Source of the DNA: the human T2T-CHM13v2.0 reference genome, Homo sapiens
NCBI RefSeq assembly: GCF_009914755.1
Contig: NC_060926.1
Reading direction: 5' to 3' (one strand)
Length of the DNA: 64,000 nucleotides
Part shown: in pieces, positions 15,455 to 28,500 of the stretch
How positions within the stretch are numbered: the first letter of the stretch is position 1
How the letters are laid out: each line of letters starts with the position of its first letter
The notes under the pieces: model-generated
Database searches by the model: none
Told to the model about the DNA's origin: nothing
What the model saw: only the letters and a program-made list of their open reading frames with translations
Translations under genes and position numbers: made by a program

Positions 15455-16939
15455 CTATAGTTCCCAAAGTAAATGAAAACTCAAGTCTTCTTGCCAAGTA
15501 ATTCCTAACAGAAATACCTTCATTCCTGTATTTTGAAATCATGTGAGAAAATTGCTGGGTTTTTTTTTTTTTCCCACTGTGAACAACTAAATGAAAACTA
15601 GGTAACTTTGGTAATTGTGTGGAATTTTTCATTAAATATCTATTTAATTTTTATTTTTCATTAAATATATGTTAATTTTTATGTAATTTGAGGTTTTTTA
15701 AGTACCTAAAATTCCTTGCATTCTTTTGTTCTCATTGTTGCAAGTACTAAAAAAAATTTAAAAAACCCCAAAACAATAACAATAAAAAAGAAAAGAGCCA
15801 TCACTGAATCTTCCTTTGACCCAATTCTATTACCATTATGAGTTTTAAAGATTAAATGCAGCTTTTATTTTGTTTTTGTTAACTGCAAAAGTAATACACC
15901 CCAAATTTTAAAAAAGCCAAAAATGCCTACATAAAGAAAACATGCAAACAAACAAAAACCTTACAATTTTACCTGTCTATAGATAACCATTAATGATAGC
16001 AAGGTATATCTCTTAATTTTTGGAGTGTGTGGTTATGTTTTGGAGCATAAAGTTTTATTGTACTTTATTCACCAAAAGTAATGAAACCTGAATTTGGATT
16101 ATTGAGACAAAAGCCAACTGCAGAAAAGCACTGGTTTTACTAGATTAAATATTGGTAAGTTTTTTTTTTCTGTATTATGTTCAGGAACTACAACATAATG
16201 AATCTGACAGATATTCTAAACTTATATATGGTAAGGAAATATACCAATGATTTTGAATTACTTATCTATGCAGAAGAAACAGTTTTTAGAATTAAGACCA
16301 CGTGAAAGAAACTGGGTTAACCTATTTCAGTTTTTTCTCAACTTCTCAACTTGCTCTTCACTGGTCTTTTTTTCCCCCCTAGCTGTCCCCTTCTTTTTGC
16401 ACTCCATATTCTCTCTCCACTACTTTGTATTTTCCTATAGCACTATTATGTGATAATTGCCTATATAACTTATTTAATTATCTATTTTCCCACCAACAGA
16501 ATATAAATTGATGAGGGCTGCTGTTTTTTAATGTTTTATTCATTGATGTGTAGATTGAGCAGGAACCAAAGGAATACTTTCAAAATGTGGATAAGTTTAA
16601 TGTTGTCCTTATAATATTTGACGTTAATAGACTAATTGATGAAGAGAATTCTCTAGATTATCAGGAGCAGCAATTTAATGACATGCATGCCCTTAGTTTC
16701 TCCCACATCTTATGTCAGATATCACAATATTCACAATTCTTTCAATTCTAATCAACATGCTTTTATATTGAACTTGGGCACAGTCACGTAATCCTGGTTA
16801 AAATAGTGTTCCACCGATTTTAAGTGGTTTCTCCACTTAAGTGAGGAAAGGTCAACTGAAGAGATGATACCTACAAGATGTCAAATCGTTCTCTGAATAG
16901 AAATTTTTATAACAATTTCTTTTTTTATGTGCAAAGAAT

Positions 16940-19040
16940 GCTTTTTTTATGTTCTGGGATACATGTGCAGTACATGCAGGTTAATTACATAAGTATACAT
17001 TTGTCATGGTGGTTTGCTTCACTTATCAACCTGTCATCTAGGTTTTAAGCCCCACATGCATTAGGTATTTGTCCTAATGCTTTCCCTCCCCTTGTCCCCC
17101 ATCCCCCGACAGGACCCAGTGTGTGACGTTCCCCTCTCTGTGTCCATGTGTTCTCATTGTTCAACTCTTACTTATGAGGGAGAACATGAGGTGTTTGCTT
17201 TTCTGTTCCCATGTTAGTTTGCTGAGGATGATGGCTTCCAGCTTCATCCAAGTCCTGCAAAGGATATGAACTCATTCTTTTTTATGGCTGCATAGTATTC
17301 CATGGTGTTATGTGCCACATTTTCTTCATCCAGTCTATCATTGATGGACATTTGGATTGGTTCCAAGTCTTTGCTATTGTAAATAGTTCTGCAATAAACA
17401 TACATGTGCATGTGTCTTTATAGTAGAATGATTTATAATCCTCTGGGTATATACCCAGTAATGGGATTGCTGAGTCAAATGGTATTTCTGGTTCTAGATC
17501 CTTGAGGAATCACCACACTATCTTCCATAGTGGTTGAACTAATTTACACTCCCACCAACAGTGTAAAGGCGTTCCTATTTCTCCACATCCTCACCAGCAT
17601 CTGTTGTTTCCTGACTTTTTAATAATTGCCATTCTAACTAGTGTGAGATGGTATCTCATTGTGGTTTTGATTTGCATTTCTCTAATGACCAGTGATGAGC
17701 TTGTTTTTCTTATGTTTGTTGGCTGCATCAGTATCTTCTTTTGAGAAGTGTCTGTTCGTATCCTTTGCCCACTTTTTGATGGGGTTGTTTTTTTCTTGTA
17801 CATGGAAGTTCCTTGTAGATTCTGGATATTAGACCTTTGTCAGATGGGTAGATTGCAAAAATGTTCTCCCATTCTGTAGGCTGCCTGTCCACTCTGATGA
17901 TAGTTTATTTTGCTGTGCAGAAGCTCTTTAGTTTAATTAGATCCCATTTGTCAATTTTGGCTTTTGTTGCAATTGTTTTCAGTTTTAGTCATGAAGTCTT
18001 TGCCCATGCCTATGTCCTGAATGGTATAGCCTACATTTTCTTCTAGGTTTTTATGGTTTTGGGTTTTACATTTAAGTCTTTAATCTATCTTGAGTCAATT
18101 TTTTTATAAGGTGTAAAGGAGGGGTCCAGTTTCTGTTTTCTGCATATGGCTAGCCAGTTTTCCCAGCCCCGTTTATTAGAGAATCCTTTCCCCATTGCTT
18201 GTTTTTGTCAGATTTGTGGAAGATCAGATGGTTGTAGATGTGTGGTGTTATTTCTAAGGCCTCTATTCTGTTCCATTGGTCTATATATCTGTTTTGGTAC
18301 AAGCATCATGCTGTTTTGGTTACTGTAGGCTTGTAGTATAGTTTGAAGTCAGATAGCCTGATGCCTCCAGCTTTGTTCTTTTTGCTTAGGATTGTCTTGG
18401 CCCTATGGGCTCTTTTTTGGTCCCGTATGAGATTTAAAATAGTTTTTTCTAATTCTGCCTAGAAAGTCAATGGTAGCTTGGGGGAATACTTTGGGCAGTA
18501 TGGCCATTTTCATGATATTGATTCTTCCTATCTATGAGCATGGAATTTTTTTTTCCATTTGTTTTTGTCCTCTCTTATTTCCTTGAGCAGTGGTTTGTAG
18601 TTCCCCTTGAAGAGGGCCTTCACATCCCTTGTAAGTTGTATTCCTAGGTATTTTATTCTTTTTGTAGCAATTGTGAATGGGAGTTCACTCATGATTTGGC
18701 TCTCTGCTTGTCTATTATTGGTGTATAGGAATGCTTGTGATTTTTGCACATTGATTTTGTATCCTGAGACTTTGCCGAAGTTGCTTATCAGCCTAAGAAG
18801 TTTTTGGGCTGAGGAAATGGGGTTTTCTAAAAACACAATTATGTCATCTGCAAAGAGACAATTTGACTTCCTTTCTTCCTATTTGAATACCCTTTATTTC
18901 TTTCTCTTGCCTGATTGTCCTGGCCAGAACTTCCAATACTGTGTTGACTAGGAGTGGTGAGAGAGGGCATCCTTGTCTTGTGCCGGTTTTCAAAGGAAAT
19001 GCTTCCAGCTTTTGCCCATTTACTATGATATTGGCTATGG
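16940..19040 (-). mobile_element. 5'-truncated L1PA (approx. PA7-PA8)
   Basis: Antisense 3' UTR; ORFs 18528-18836 and 18844-19197 give ORF2 RT peptides ([28 protein letters not shown]). Confidence 0.93.
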
Positions 19041-19169
19041 AAATAAAACATTTGTAAAAATTTTGTTTTCCCATTGCTGAGTTACTGGGACATGAAAAAT
19101 TGAATATCAAATATAATATTCTCTTGAAAGGTGTAATAGTGAAGAAAAGTAGTAGAAACCAGAAAAGCA

Positions 19170-20720
19170 GTGAACAAGACTCCATGCCTGTCTTCAAGGA
19201 TCTTATTTAATTTAATCATATCTATATTAATATTGTGTGTTTATATTCAATATCTAATATGGGATATAGATAATAAAAAGTCCAGGCAGTGAAAATCTAG
19301 GATAATACATGCTGTGGTGGGTTAGAACAGAATGTTACAGAAAAACAGAGGGGAGATATCCAATTTTAGGCTAGAGGACTTCAGAACTTTAGCTGAGCTG
19401 TGAAGGCTAAGCAGGAGTTAGTCAGATGAAGTTGTAGAAGGAGGAAGTATAATACCTTTGAAGAGAAGGTGCAGCATTTGAAAATTTCCAGAAATGAGTA
19501 AGTGTTGGGAGTTTGAGCAGCTGTCAGGAATTCAGCATCACTAACATGTATAGTGTGAGAATAGGAGTGAGGAGTAGTGAAAGATGAGGCTTGGAGAGTA
19601 TGAAGAGATCAATCACGGCTGGGCGTGGTGGCTCACACTTGTAATCCTAGCACTTTGGGATGCCAAGGTGGGCGGATCATGAGGTCAGGAGATCGAGACC
19701 ATCCTGGCCAACATAGTGAAACCCCATCTCTATGAAAATACAAAAAAAAAAAATTAGCCGGGTGTGGTGGTGCACACCTGTAATCCCAGCTACTAGGGAG
19801 GCTGAGGCAGGGGAATTGCTCGGACCTAGCGGCAGAGATTGCAGTGAGCCAAGATCATGCTACTGCACTCCAGCCCAGCAACAGAACAAACCTCAGTCTT
19901 TAAAAAAAAAAAAAAAGAGAGAGAGAGATCAATCATTAGAAGTTTTGCAAGCTGGGTAGAGAGTATCTGGAACTTATCCTGGGACCAATAGCGCTCTTAA
20001 AGTGATTAAAGCAGGAGAGTGACATCATCAGATTTACATTTTAGAAAGATGACTCTGGTTGAATGATGAGACTAGGTTGGAATGGAGTTGGGGATGAAGG
20101 TAGTAAGATGGGAGTCAAAGTAGGCTGCAAAACAGTAGGCTGCAGTGATCATCCAGGGAGAGGTTGATGGTTGTGTGAACAAAGGCAATGACAATCAAAA
20201 AGTAGAGAGTTAGATTGGTTAAAACATATTGAAGAGATAGATTATTGATTGATTGTGAGGGACAGGGATGACGTAGAGGGTAAAGTCAGATATGACATTG
20301 TGAATTAGTTGGAAGAAATTATGAGAGTTCTCTTTTGGATATTTGATTTTAAGATGATTTTGAGATGTCAGTGTGCCATGTCCAGGAAGTTGTTGAATAC
20401 ACAGTCTTGAAGCTCATGGGAGAAATTTTACCTTGCATAAGATAAAGATTTGGAATTAGGAGCATATAGATGAGAATGTAACACATGGAGAGATTGAGAT
20501 TGCCCAGGAGGGATGTATAGTGTGAGAAGAAAAGAGGGCTGAGGACAGAACCCTGAGCAGCAAAACGATTTAAGAGATGAACAGAGAAAGCAGCAGCAAG
20601 AAAGGAAAAAAAAGCAAAAGTGTAGCATCCCAGGAGCTCATAAACCAAGGAACAGAGTGTTTTAAGGAGAGTGGATAAATAATACTACATGTCTCAGAGA
20701 GATAAAACAAGAGAAAAACT
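19170..20720. mobile_element. L2 fragments (interrupted by Alu)
   Basis: Purine-rich degenerate L2 motifs (ttttagaaagatgactctgg, ttttgagatgtcagtg...catgtccagg). Confidence 0.6.
19617..19916 (+). mobile_element. Alu (AluSc-like)
   Basis: Full Alu, TSD AGAGATCAATCA. Confidence 0.95.
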
Positions 20721-21600
20721 AAATGGAACTCTCTAATTCTATAATAAATTGTTTTGGGGGAGGGCATTGTTAATTTCTGTCTGTTATTTCTTGCTTAGTT
20801 TGAATGAGTAGATTTCTCTGTAGTTTGAACTTGATCTTTGAATGAGTAATATACAAATAAAGTATATCCAATACTGTGACACATTCATAAACCCAGAGGA
20901 ATGTACCAGAAAAAGAGAAGAAAAATATGAGTGCTTCCCACATGCCAAATAATTCACATTTTAAAATTATTATTTTTAACTGAAACGTAATTATATTTAT
21001 GGGGTAAAATGTGATAGTTTGATACTTGTGCACAATGAGTAACAGTCATATCAGTAATTAGCATATCCATAACATCAAACATTTATCATTTCTTTGTGTT
21101 GCGAACATTCAAAATCCACTCTCCTAGCTGCTTGAAAATATATGACAAATTGTTATAGTCACCATACAATACTATACAAGACAAGAACTTATTCCTTCTG
21201 TCTAGCTGTATTTTTGTAGTATGTGTTAACCAACCTATGATTATTCCTCCACCCCTGCCCTACCCTACCTCTAGTAACCACTAGTCTACTTTCTGCTTCT
21301 ATGAGATCAACTTCTAAAGCTTTCACATATGAGTGAGAAGATGCAGTGTTTCTCTTTCTGTGCCTGGCTTATTTCACTGAACATGATGTCCTCCAAGCTC
21401 ATCCATGTTGCTGTGAATGACAGAATTTTGTTCTTTTTTTATGGCTAAAATCCCATTCTGTGTATATACCACATTTTCTTTATCCATTTATTGATGGACA
21501 CTTAGGTTTACTCCATATCTTGTTTGTTGTAAATAGTGCTGAGATAAATATGCAAGTGCAGATATCCCTTTGATATACTGATTTCCTTTCCTTTGGCAAT

Positions 21601-21965
21601 TGTATTAGTCTGTTCTTATGCTGCTAATAAAGACATACTCGAGGCCTGGTAATTTATAAAGAGAAAGAAGTTTAATGGACTCACAGTTCCACATGGCTAG
21701 GGAGGCCTCACAATGATGGCGGAAGGAAAAGGAGGAGCAAAGTAACATCTTACATGGTGGCAGGCAAGAGAGCATGTGCAGGGGAACTGCCCTTTATGAA
21801 ACCATCAGATCTCATGAGACTTATTCACTATCATGGGAACAGCACAGGAAAAACCCACCCCTGTGATTCAGTTACCTCCTACCAGGTCCCTCCCATGACA
21901 CATGGGAATTATGGGAGCTACAGATCAAGATAAGATTTGGGTAGGGGCACAGCCAGACCATATCA
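21601..21965. mobile_element. THE1 (MaLR) solo LTR nested in L1
   Basis: tgtattagtctgttcttatgctgctaataaagacata...agccagaccatatca; TSD GCAAT/GCTAT. Confidence 0.92.
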
Positions 21966-22423
21966 GCTATATACCCAGTAGTGGTATTGCTGGATCATGC
22001 AGTAGTTCTATTTTTAGTTTTCTTGCAAAACCTTCATACTGTTTTCCATAGTGGCTAGCCTAATTTACATTTCTACCAACAGTGTACAAGAATTCCACTT
22101 TCCCCACGTCTTCTCTAGCATCCATCATTCCCTGTCTTTTTGATAAAAGCTGTTTTAACTGGAGTGAGATAAATCTCATTGTGGTTTTGATTTTCATTTC
22201 TCTGTTAATTAGTGATGTCGAACATTTTTTTCATATACCTTTTGACCATTTTTATGTCTTTTTTTGAGAGATGTCGATTCAGCTCATTTGCCCAATTTAA
22301 AATTGGATTATAATTATAATTAATATTGCTGTTGAGTTCTTTGTATATTTTGGATATTAATCTCTTGTCAGATGAATACTTTGCAAATATTTTCTCCCAT
22401 TCTGCAGCTTGTCTCTTTGTTGA

Positions 22424-22718
22424 TTTTTTTTTTTTTTTGAGACAGAGTCTTCCTCTTGTCCGCCGGGCTGGAGTGCAATGGCACGATCTCAGTTCACTGC
22501 AACTTCTGCTTCCTGGCTTCAAGTGATTCTCCTGCTTCAGCCTGCTGAGTAGCTGGAATTACAGGTGCCTGCCACTATGCCTGGCTTGTTTGTGTATTTT
22601 TAGTAGAGACAGGGTTTTGCCACGTTGGCCAGGCTGGTCTCGAACTCTGGACCTTGTGATCTGCCTGCCTTGGCCTCCCAAAGTGCTGGGATTACAGGTG
22701 TGAGCCACTGCACTGGCC
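22424..22718 (-). mobile_element. Alu (AluS) nested in L1
   Basis: Full Alu; flanking TGATTTTTT duplication. Confidence 0.93.
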
Positions 22719-23482
22719 TGATTTTTATTTTTATTTTTGCTGGGCAGAAACTTTTTAGTTTGATATTATCCCATTTGTCTATTTTTGTTTTGGTTGCTTG
22801 TGCTTTTGAGGTCTTCTCCATTAAATCTTTGCAGTGTCCTAAAGCATTTTCCCTATGTTTCTTCTAATTTTTCATATATATTTAAGTTTTCTTTAATTCA
22901 TTTTGAGTTGATCTTTATGTATGGTGAGAGATGGGGTCAGTTTCATTCTTCTGCATACGGATATTCAGTTTTCCCAGCACCATTTATTGAACAGACTGTT
23001 CTTCCTCAATGAATCTTCTTGGTGCCTTTGTGTGAAAAATCGATTGGTTGTAAATATGTGGATTTATTTCTGGGTTTCCTATTTTGTTCCATTGGTCTGT
23101 TTTTATTCCAATAGCATGCTATTTTGGCTAATATAGCTTTGTGTATATATATATTTCTTGATTTTTTTTTCTATTTTGTTGTTGATGTATAGAAACACTA
23201 CTAATTTTTGCATGTTGATTTTGTATCCTGCAACTTTACTAAATTCATAATCAGTTCTATAGTGGACCGTTTAGGGCTTTATATATATAAGATTATATTG
23301 TTTGCAAACAGATACAATTTGACTTCCTCTTTTCTTATTTATGTAATATAACTTTGAAGTCTAATATTGTGATGCCTCCAGTTTTGTTAGTTTTGTTTAG
23401 GATTGCCTTGGCTGTTTGATGTCTTTGTGAATCCATGTAAATTTAGAATTTTTTTTTCCGTTTCTGTGAAGAATGTCATTGA

Positions 23483-23850
<368 letters not shown>

Positions 23851-25265
23851 ACACAATATTTTTTCAATTCATGAACTGGAATATCTTTCAATTTTTTTGT
23901 ATCCTCTTAAACTTTTCTCATCAGTGTTTTATACTTTTCCTTGTAGAAATCCTTCACCTCCTCAGTTAAATTTATTTCTAGGTATTGTTTTCTGTAGCTA
24001 TTGTAAATGGGATTGCTTTCTTGATTTTTTTTTCTATTTTGTTTTCGATATATAGAAACACTACTAATTTTTGCGTGTTGATTTTTGCATCCTGCAACCT
24101 TAGTAAATTCATAATCAGTTCTATAGTGGAGAGTTTAGGGCTTTATATATATAAAATTATATTGTTTGCAAACAGGTACAATTTGACTTCCTCTTTTCTA
24201 ATTTGGATGTCCTTTCTTTCTTTCTCTTGCTTAATTGCTCTGTCAAGGGCTTCTAGTACTGTGTTGAATAAAAGTGGTGAATGTGGGCATCCTTGTCTTG
24301 TTTCAAGTCTTAGAGGAAAATCTTTAAAAATTTCCCTTTTCAGTGTGTTATTGGCTGTAGGTTTGGACATATAAAACTTACTAAAGGCCATATATGGCCT
24401 TTACTGTGTTGAGGTATGTTTCTTCTATAACTAACTTGTGGAGAATTTTTGTCATGAAGGGATGTTGAATTAGATCAAATGCTTTTTTTCTGCATCTATT
24501 GAAATGGTATATATTTTCAAGTGGATCTGTTCCACTTGATCATGGTGAATAATCTTTTTAATGTGTTGGTGAATTTGGTTTGCTAGCATTTTGAGAATTT
24601 TTGGATCCATGTTCATCAGGGATATTGATCTATAGTTTTCTTTTCTTGTGTCCTTGTCTGGTTTTGGTATCAGGGCAATGCCGACATCATAGAATGAGTT
24701 TGGAAGAATTCTCTCCTCTTCAGTTTTTTGGTAGAATTTGCGAAGAATTGGACTTAGTTCGTCTTTAAATTTTTGATAGAATTCAGCATGGAAGTGATTA
24801 GGTCCTGGGCTTTTCTTTGATGGAAGACTTTTTATTATAGATTCCATCTTGACACTTATAATTGATCTGTTCAGGTTTTTTATTTTTTCTTGGTTCAATA
24901 TTAGTAGGTTGTATATGTCCAGGAATTTATCCATTTTTCTCTAGGTTTTCTAACTTGTTGGCATATAATTGTTTGTAATAGTCTCTAATGATCTTCTATA
25001 TTTCTGTGGTATCAGCTGTAATGTCTCCCTTCTCATTTCTAATTATATTTTTACCTTAGTCCAGCTAATGTGTTGTTGATTTTGTTTATCTTTTCCAAAA
25101 ATAAACTTTTTACCTTATTGATAATTTGTATTTTTTTAGTTTCAATTTCATTTATTTCTGCTCTGATCTTTGTTATTTCTTTCCTTCTGTTAATTTGGGG
25201 TTTGGTTTATTCTTTTCTAGTTCTTTGAGACACATTGTTAGTTTTTTTATTTGAAACTTTTCTAC

Positions 25266-25564
25266 TTTTTTTTTTCCTTTTGAGACAGGACCTTTTCTGT
25301 CACCCAGGCTGGAGTGTAGCAGCATGATCATAGTTCAATGCAGCCTTGATCTCCCAGGCTGAAGAGATCCTCCCACCTCAGCCTTCCAAGCAGCTGGGAC
25401 TAAGGGTGCATGCCACCACTCCCAGCTAGCATTTTTTAAATTTCAAGTAGAGATGAGGTCTCCCTGTCTTGCTCAGGCTGGTCTTGAACTCTTGAGCTCA
25501 AGCTGTCTTCCTGCCTTTCCCTCTCAGTGTTGGGATTACAAACATGAGCCATCAGGTCTGGCCT
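25266..25564 (-). mobile_element. Alu (AluJ-like) nested in L1
   Basis: Diverged dimeric Alu. Confidence 0.9.
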
Positions 25565-28500
25565 CTTTGTACTTTTTTGATTAGGTGCTTATTGCTATAA
25601 ACTTCCCTCTTAATACTGCTTTTGCTGCATCCCATAAGTTTTGGTATGTTGTATTTCTATTTTCATTTGCTTCAAGAAATTTTTAAATTTTCTCTTAAAT
25701 TCTTCATTGGCCCTTTGGTTATTTAGAAGCATGTTGTTTAATTTCCATGTATTTGTACAACTTTGAAAATTTCACTTGTTATTGATTTCTAGTTTTATTC
25801 CATTGTGGTCAGAAAAGATACTTGATATGATTTTAATATTTTTAAATTTGTTGAGACTTGTTCTCTGTCCTATAATGTGGTCTATCCTTGAAAATATCTG
25901 TGTGCTGATGAAAAGAAGAATGTGTACTCTGAGCATTTGGGTGAAATGTTCTATAAATGTCTGGTAGGTCCATTCAGTCTAAACTGCAGTTTAAATCCAA
26001 TGTTTATTTGTTGATTTTCTGTCTATGTAATTTGTCCAATGCTGAGAGAGGAAAGTTGAAGTTTCTAAGTATTATTGTATTGGAGTCTATCTCTCCCTTC
26101 AACTCTAATAATATTTGCTTTTTATATCTGGGTGTTCCAGTGTTGGGTCCATATATATTTATAATTGTTATTTTTTTTGCTGAACATTTATTATTATGTA
26201 ATGATCTTTCTTGTCTTTTTTTCTCCAAAATTTTTGATGTGAACTGTATTATCTAACATAAGTATACGCCTGCTTGCTTTCAGTTTCTGTGTGCATAGAA
26301 TACCTTTTTTCATCCCTTCACTTTCAACTCATATAGTCTTTACAGGTAAAGTCAGTTTCTTGTAGGCAGCATATAGTTGGGTTATGTTTTTAATCCAGTC
26401 AACCAGTCTGTTTTTTAAGTGGGAAATTTAATCTGTTTACATTCAAGGTTATTATGGGTAAGTGAGGACTTATTCTTGTCATTTTGTTGTTTTCTGGTTG
26501 TTCTGTATATCCATTGTTTCTTTCTTCCTCTCTTATTGTTTTATCATTGTCATTTGGCGGTTTTCTGTAGTGACAAACTTTGATTCTTTTCTTTTTATCC
26601 TTTGTGTATCCGCTCCACCAGTGAGTTTCATACTTTTGCATGTTTTCATGATAGTAATTATCATTTTTTGCTTCCGGATGTAGGACATTCTTGAGCACTT
26701 CTTGTAAGGCCAGTCTGGTGGTGATGAATTCCTTCATTAGTTGCTTAAGAAAGACTATTTCTTCCTCATTTCTGAAGGATAGCTTTACTAGATATAATAT
26801 TTTTGTTTAGAAATTTTCTTCTTTCAGCACTTTGAATATATTATCCCATTCTCTCCTGGCCTGTAAAATTTCTGTGAAGAAATTTGCTGTTAGTGTAATG
26901 GGGATTCCCTTATATGTGACTTGATGCTTTTCTCTTGATGTTTTTGGAATTTTCTCTTTGTCTTTTGACAATTTGACTATATTGTCCTTCTTCCAAACTT
27001 TCTAGAGTAACTTTTATAAAGAAAAGCTTTCATCTGTAGGTGGGTTTTACTGTACCAGTTGAGAAGGGCATTGCGATTGTTTCTGAATAGGTGCAGTGGT
27101 ATAGTCTCCGTGCAGCTGCTTCAGTTGCATTCAATATCAGGAATAACTGTGAGTGCCTCAGTGGCTTAGGCTGTAGAGGTTTGTGGCAGTGGCAGTGATG
27201 ACATAAATTGTTAATGTCATAGGTGTCAAGGGTTTTTGGAGACCTCCTATTCTAATTTTCTCCACAGTGGGGAGACATAACTGAGGAGACCCATCTTGGT
27301 GTCAGGTCTGACACAGCCTACAGGCAGTTGTAGTGACACCAGGTTCCAGATACTGGTTTTCAGAGTGGCTGTGGGGATGGGGTCCTAGGTTCAAGGTCTT
27401 AGAAGTCTATTATAGTACCTGGGTCTTGGGGTGCATGTTGGTACTCTGTGACGGGGTTGAATGGAGGTTGTCCACAGAGGTAGGATCTGTGATTCAGGAA
27501 CCCCCTAGCAGCTTGGGCCCAGAGGGCCAGGTTGTAGCTGTAGCTATGAGTCTACCCCCGGAGGGCAAGGCATAGCACTGGCCCAACTCTGGGGAAGAAA
27601 GGGTAGTCTGGAAATTTGTACCCATGGAGCAAGGTATGACTAAAATTTAGGCACCTGAGCCAATAGGTTGGTTTAGAGATGACCCTGGGATGGTTGGGCT
27701 TGGCAATATCTCAGACCCCGTGAAGCCAGATGCAGCATTAGCAGCAAGTACCCCAGAATGGCAGAGCTAAGTTGTCCCTGGGCCCCCAGGGGACAAGGGC
27801 CCAGCACAGCAATGACTCCACTTCACAGGGAAAGAGGTATCTCAACATCTCAGACTCTAGGTGGCCAGCTCCAAAGAAACAAGGTATTAGAGCTGTTTGG
27901 CCTATAGGGAAGAGTGCCTCAGCCTAGCCACTGCTCTGTTTCCCCATGATGTGAGGTACTATGTCATCTCAGCCCTAGGATGCATGGATGCTCGGCATGG
28001 CCAGGGCAGTGATTCTCCAGGGGTGATATGCTGCTTCAGCCCAGGCCTGGGGATCATGACTATTCTTGGTGGTTTGAACACTATTTCCCTGGGATGTGGA
28101 GTGCCACTTCAGCTTAGGTACTAGGGTGCATGTCCACTGTGGGTGGCCAAGGCACTGTTTTGTGGGATGAAAGGCACTGCTTCACCCTTGGTCCTGGGAA
28201 GGCATGACTATTCTGAGTGGTCAAAATACTGTTTTCCCAGGAGACAGGGTACTGCTTCAACTCTGGCCAGAGTAGTTGGGGATAGGGTTAGGTGGAGCAG
28301 CTCCACCTCTGCATGGCCCCAGTGGGGAAGAATGTAAGAGCTGTGCACAGCTCAGCTCAGGGATCTTGGGCCACTGGGCTGTGGTGCCTTGGTAGTGGTG
28401 CCTTGGTAGTGGCTTTACTGGGATAAAATGGAGCCATAGCTACTCACCCCTCGAATGAGACACACTCCAGCCATAGTCCCAGTTCCAAAATGGTGTAGCA

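Noticed and set aside
24143-26737. L1 ORF1/ORF2 peptide fragments as active genes
   Set aside because: Multiple stops, frameshifts and nested insertions; the element is dead.
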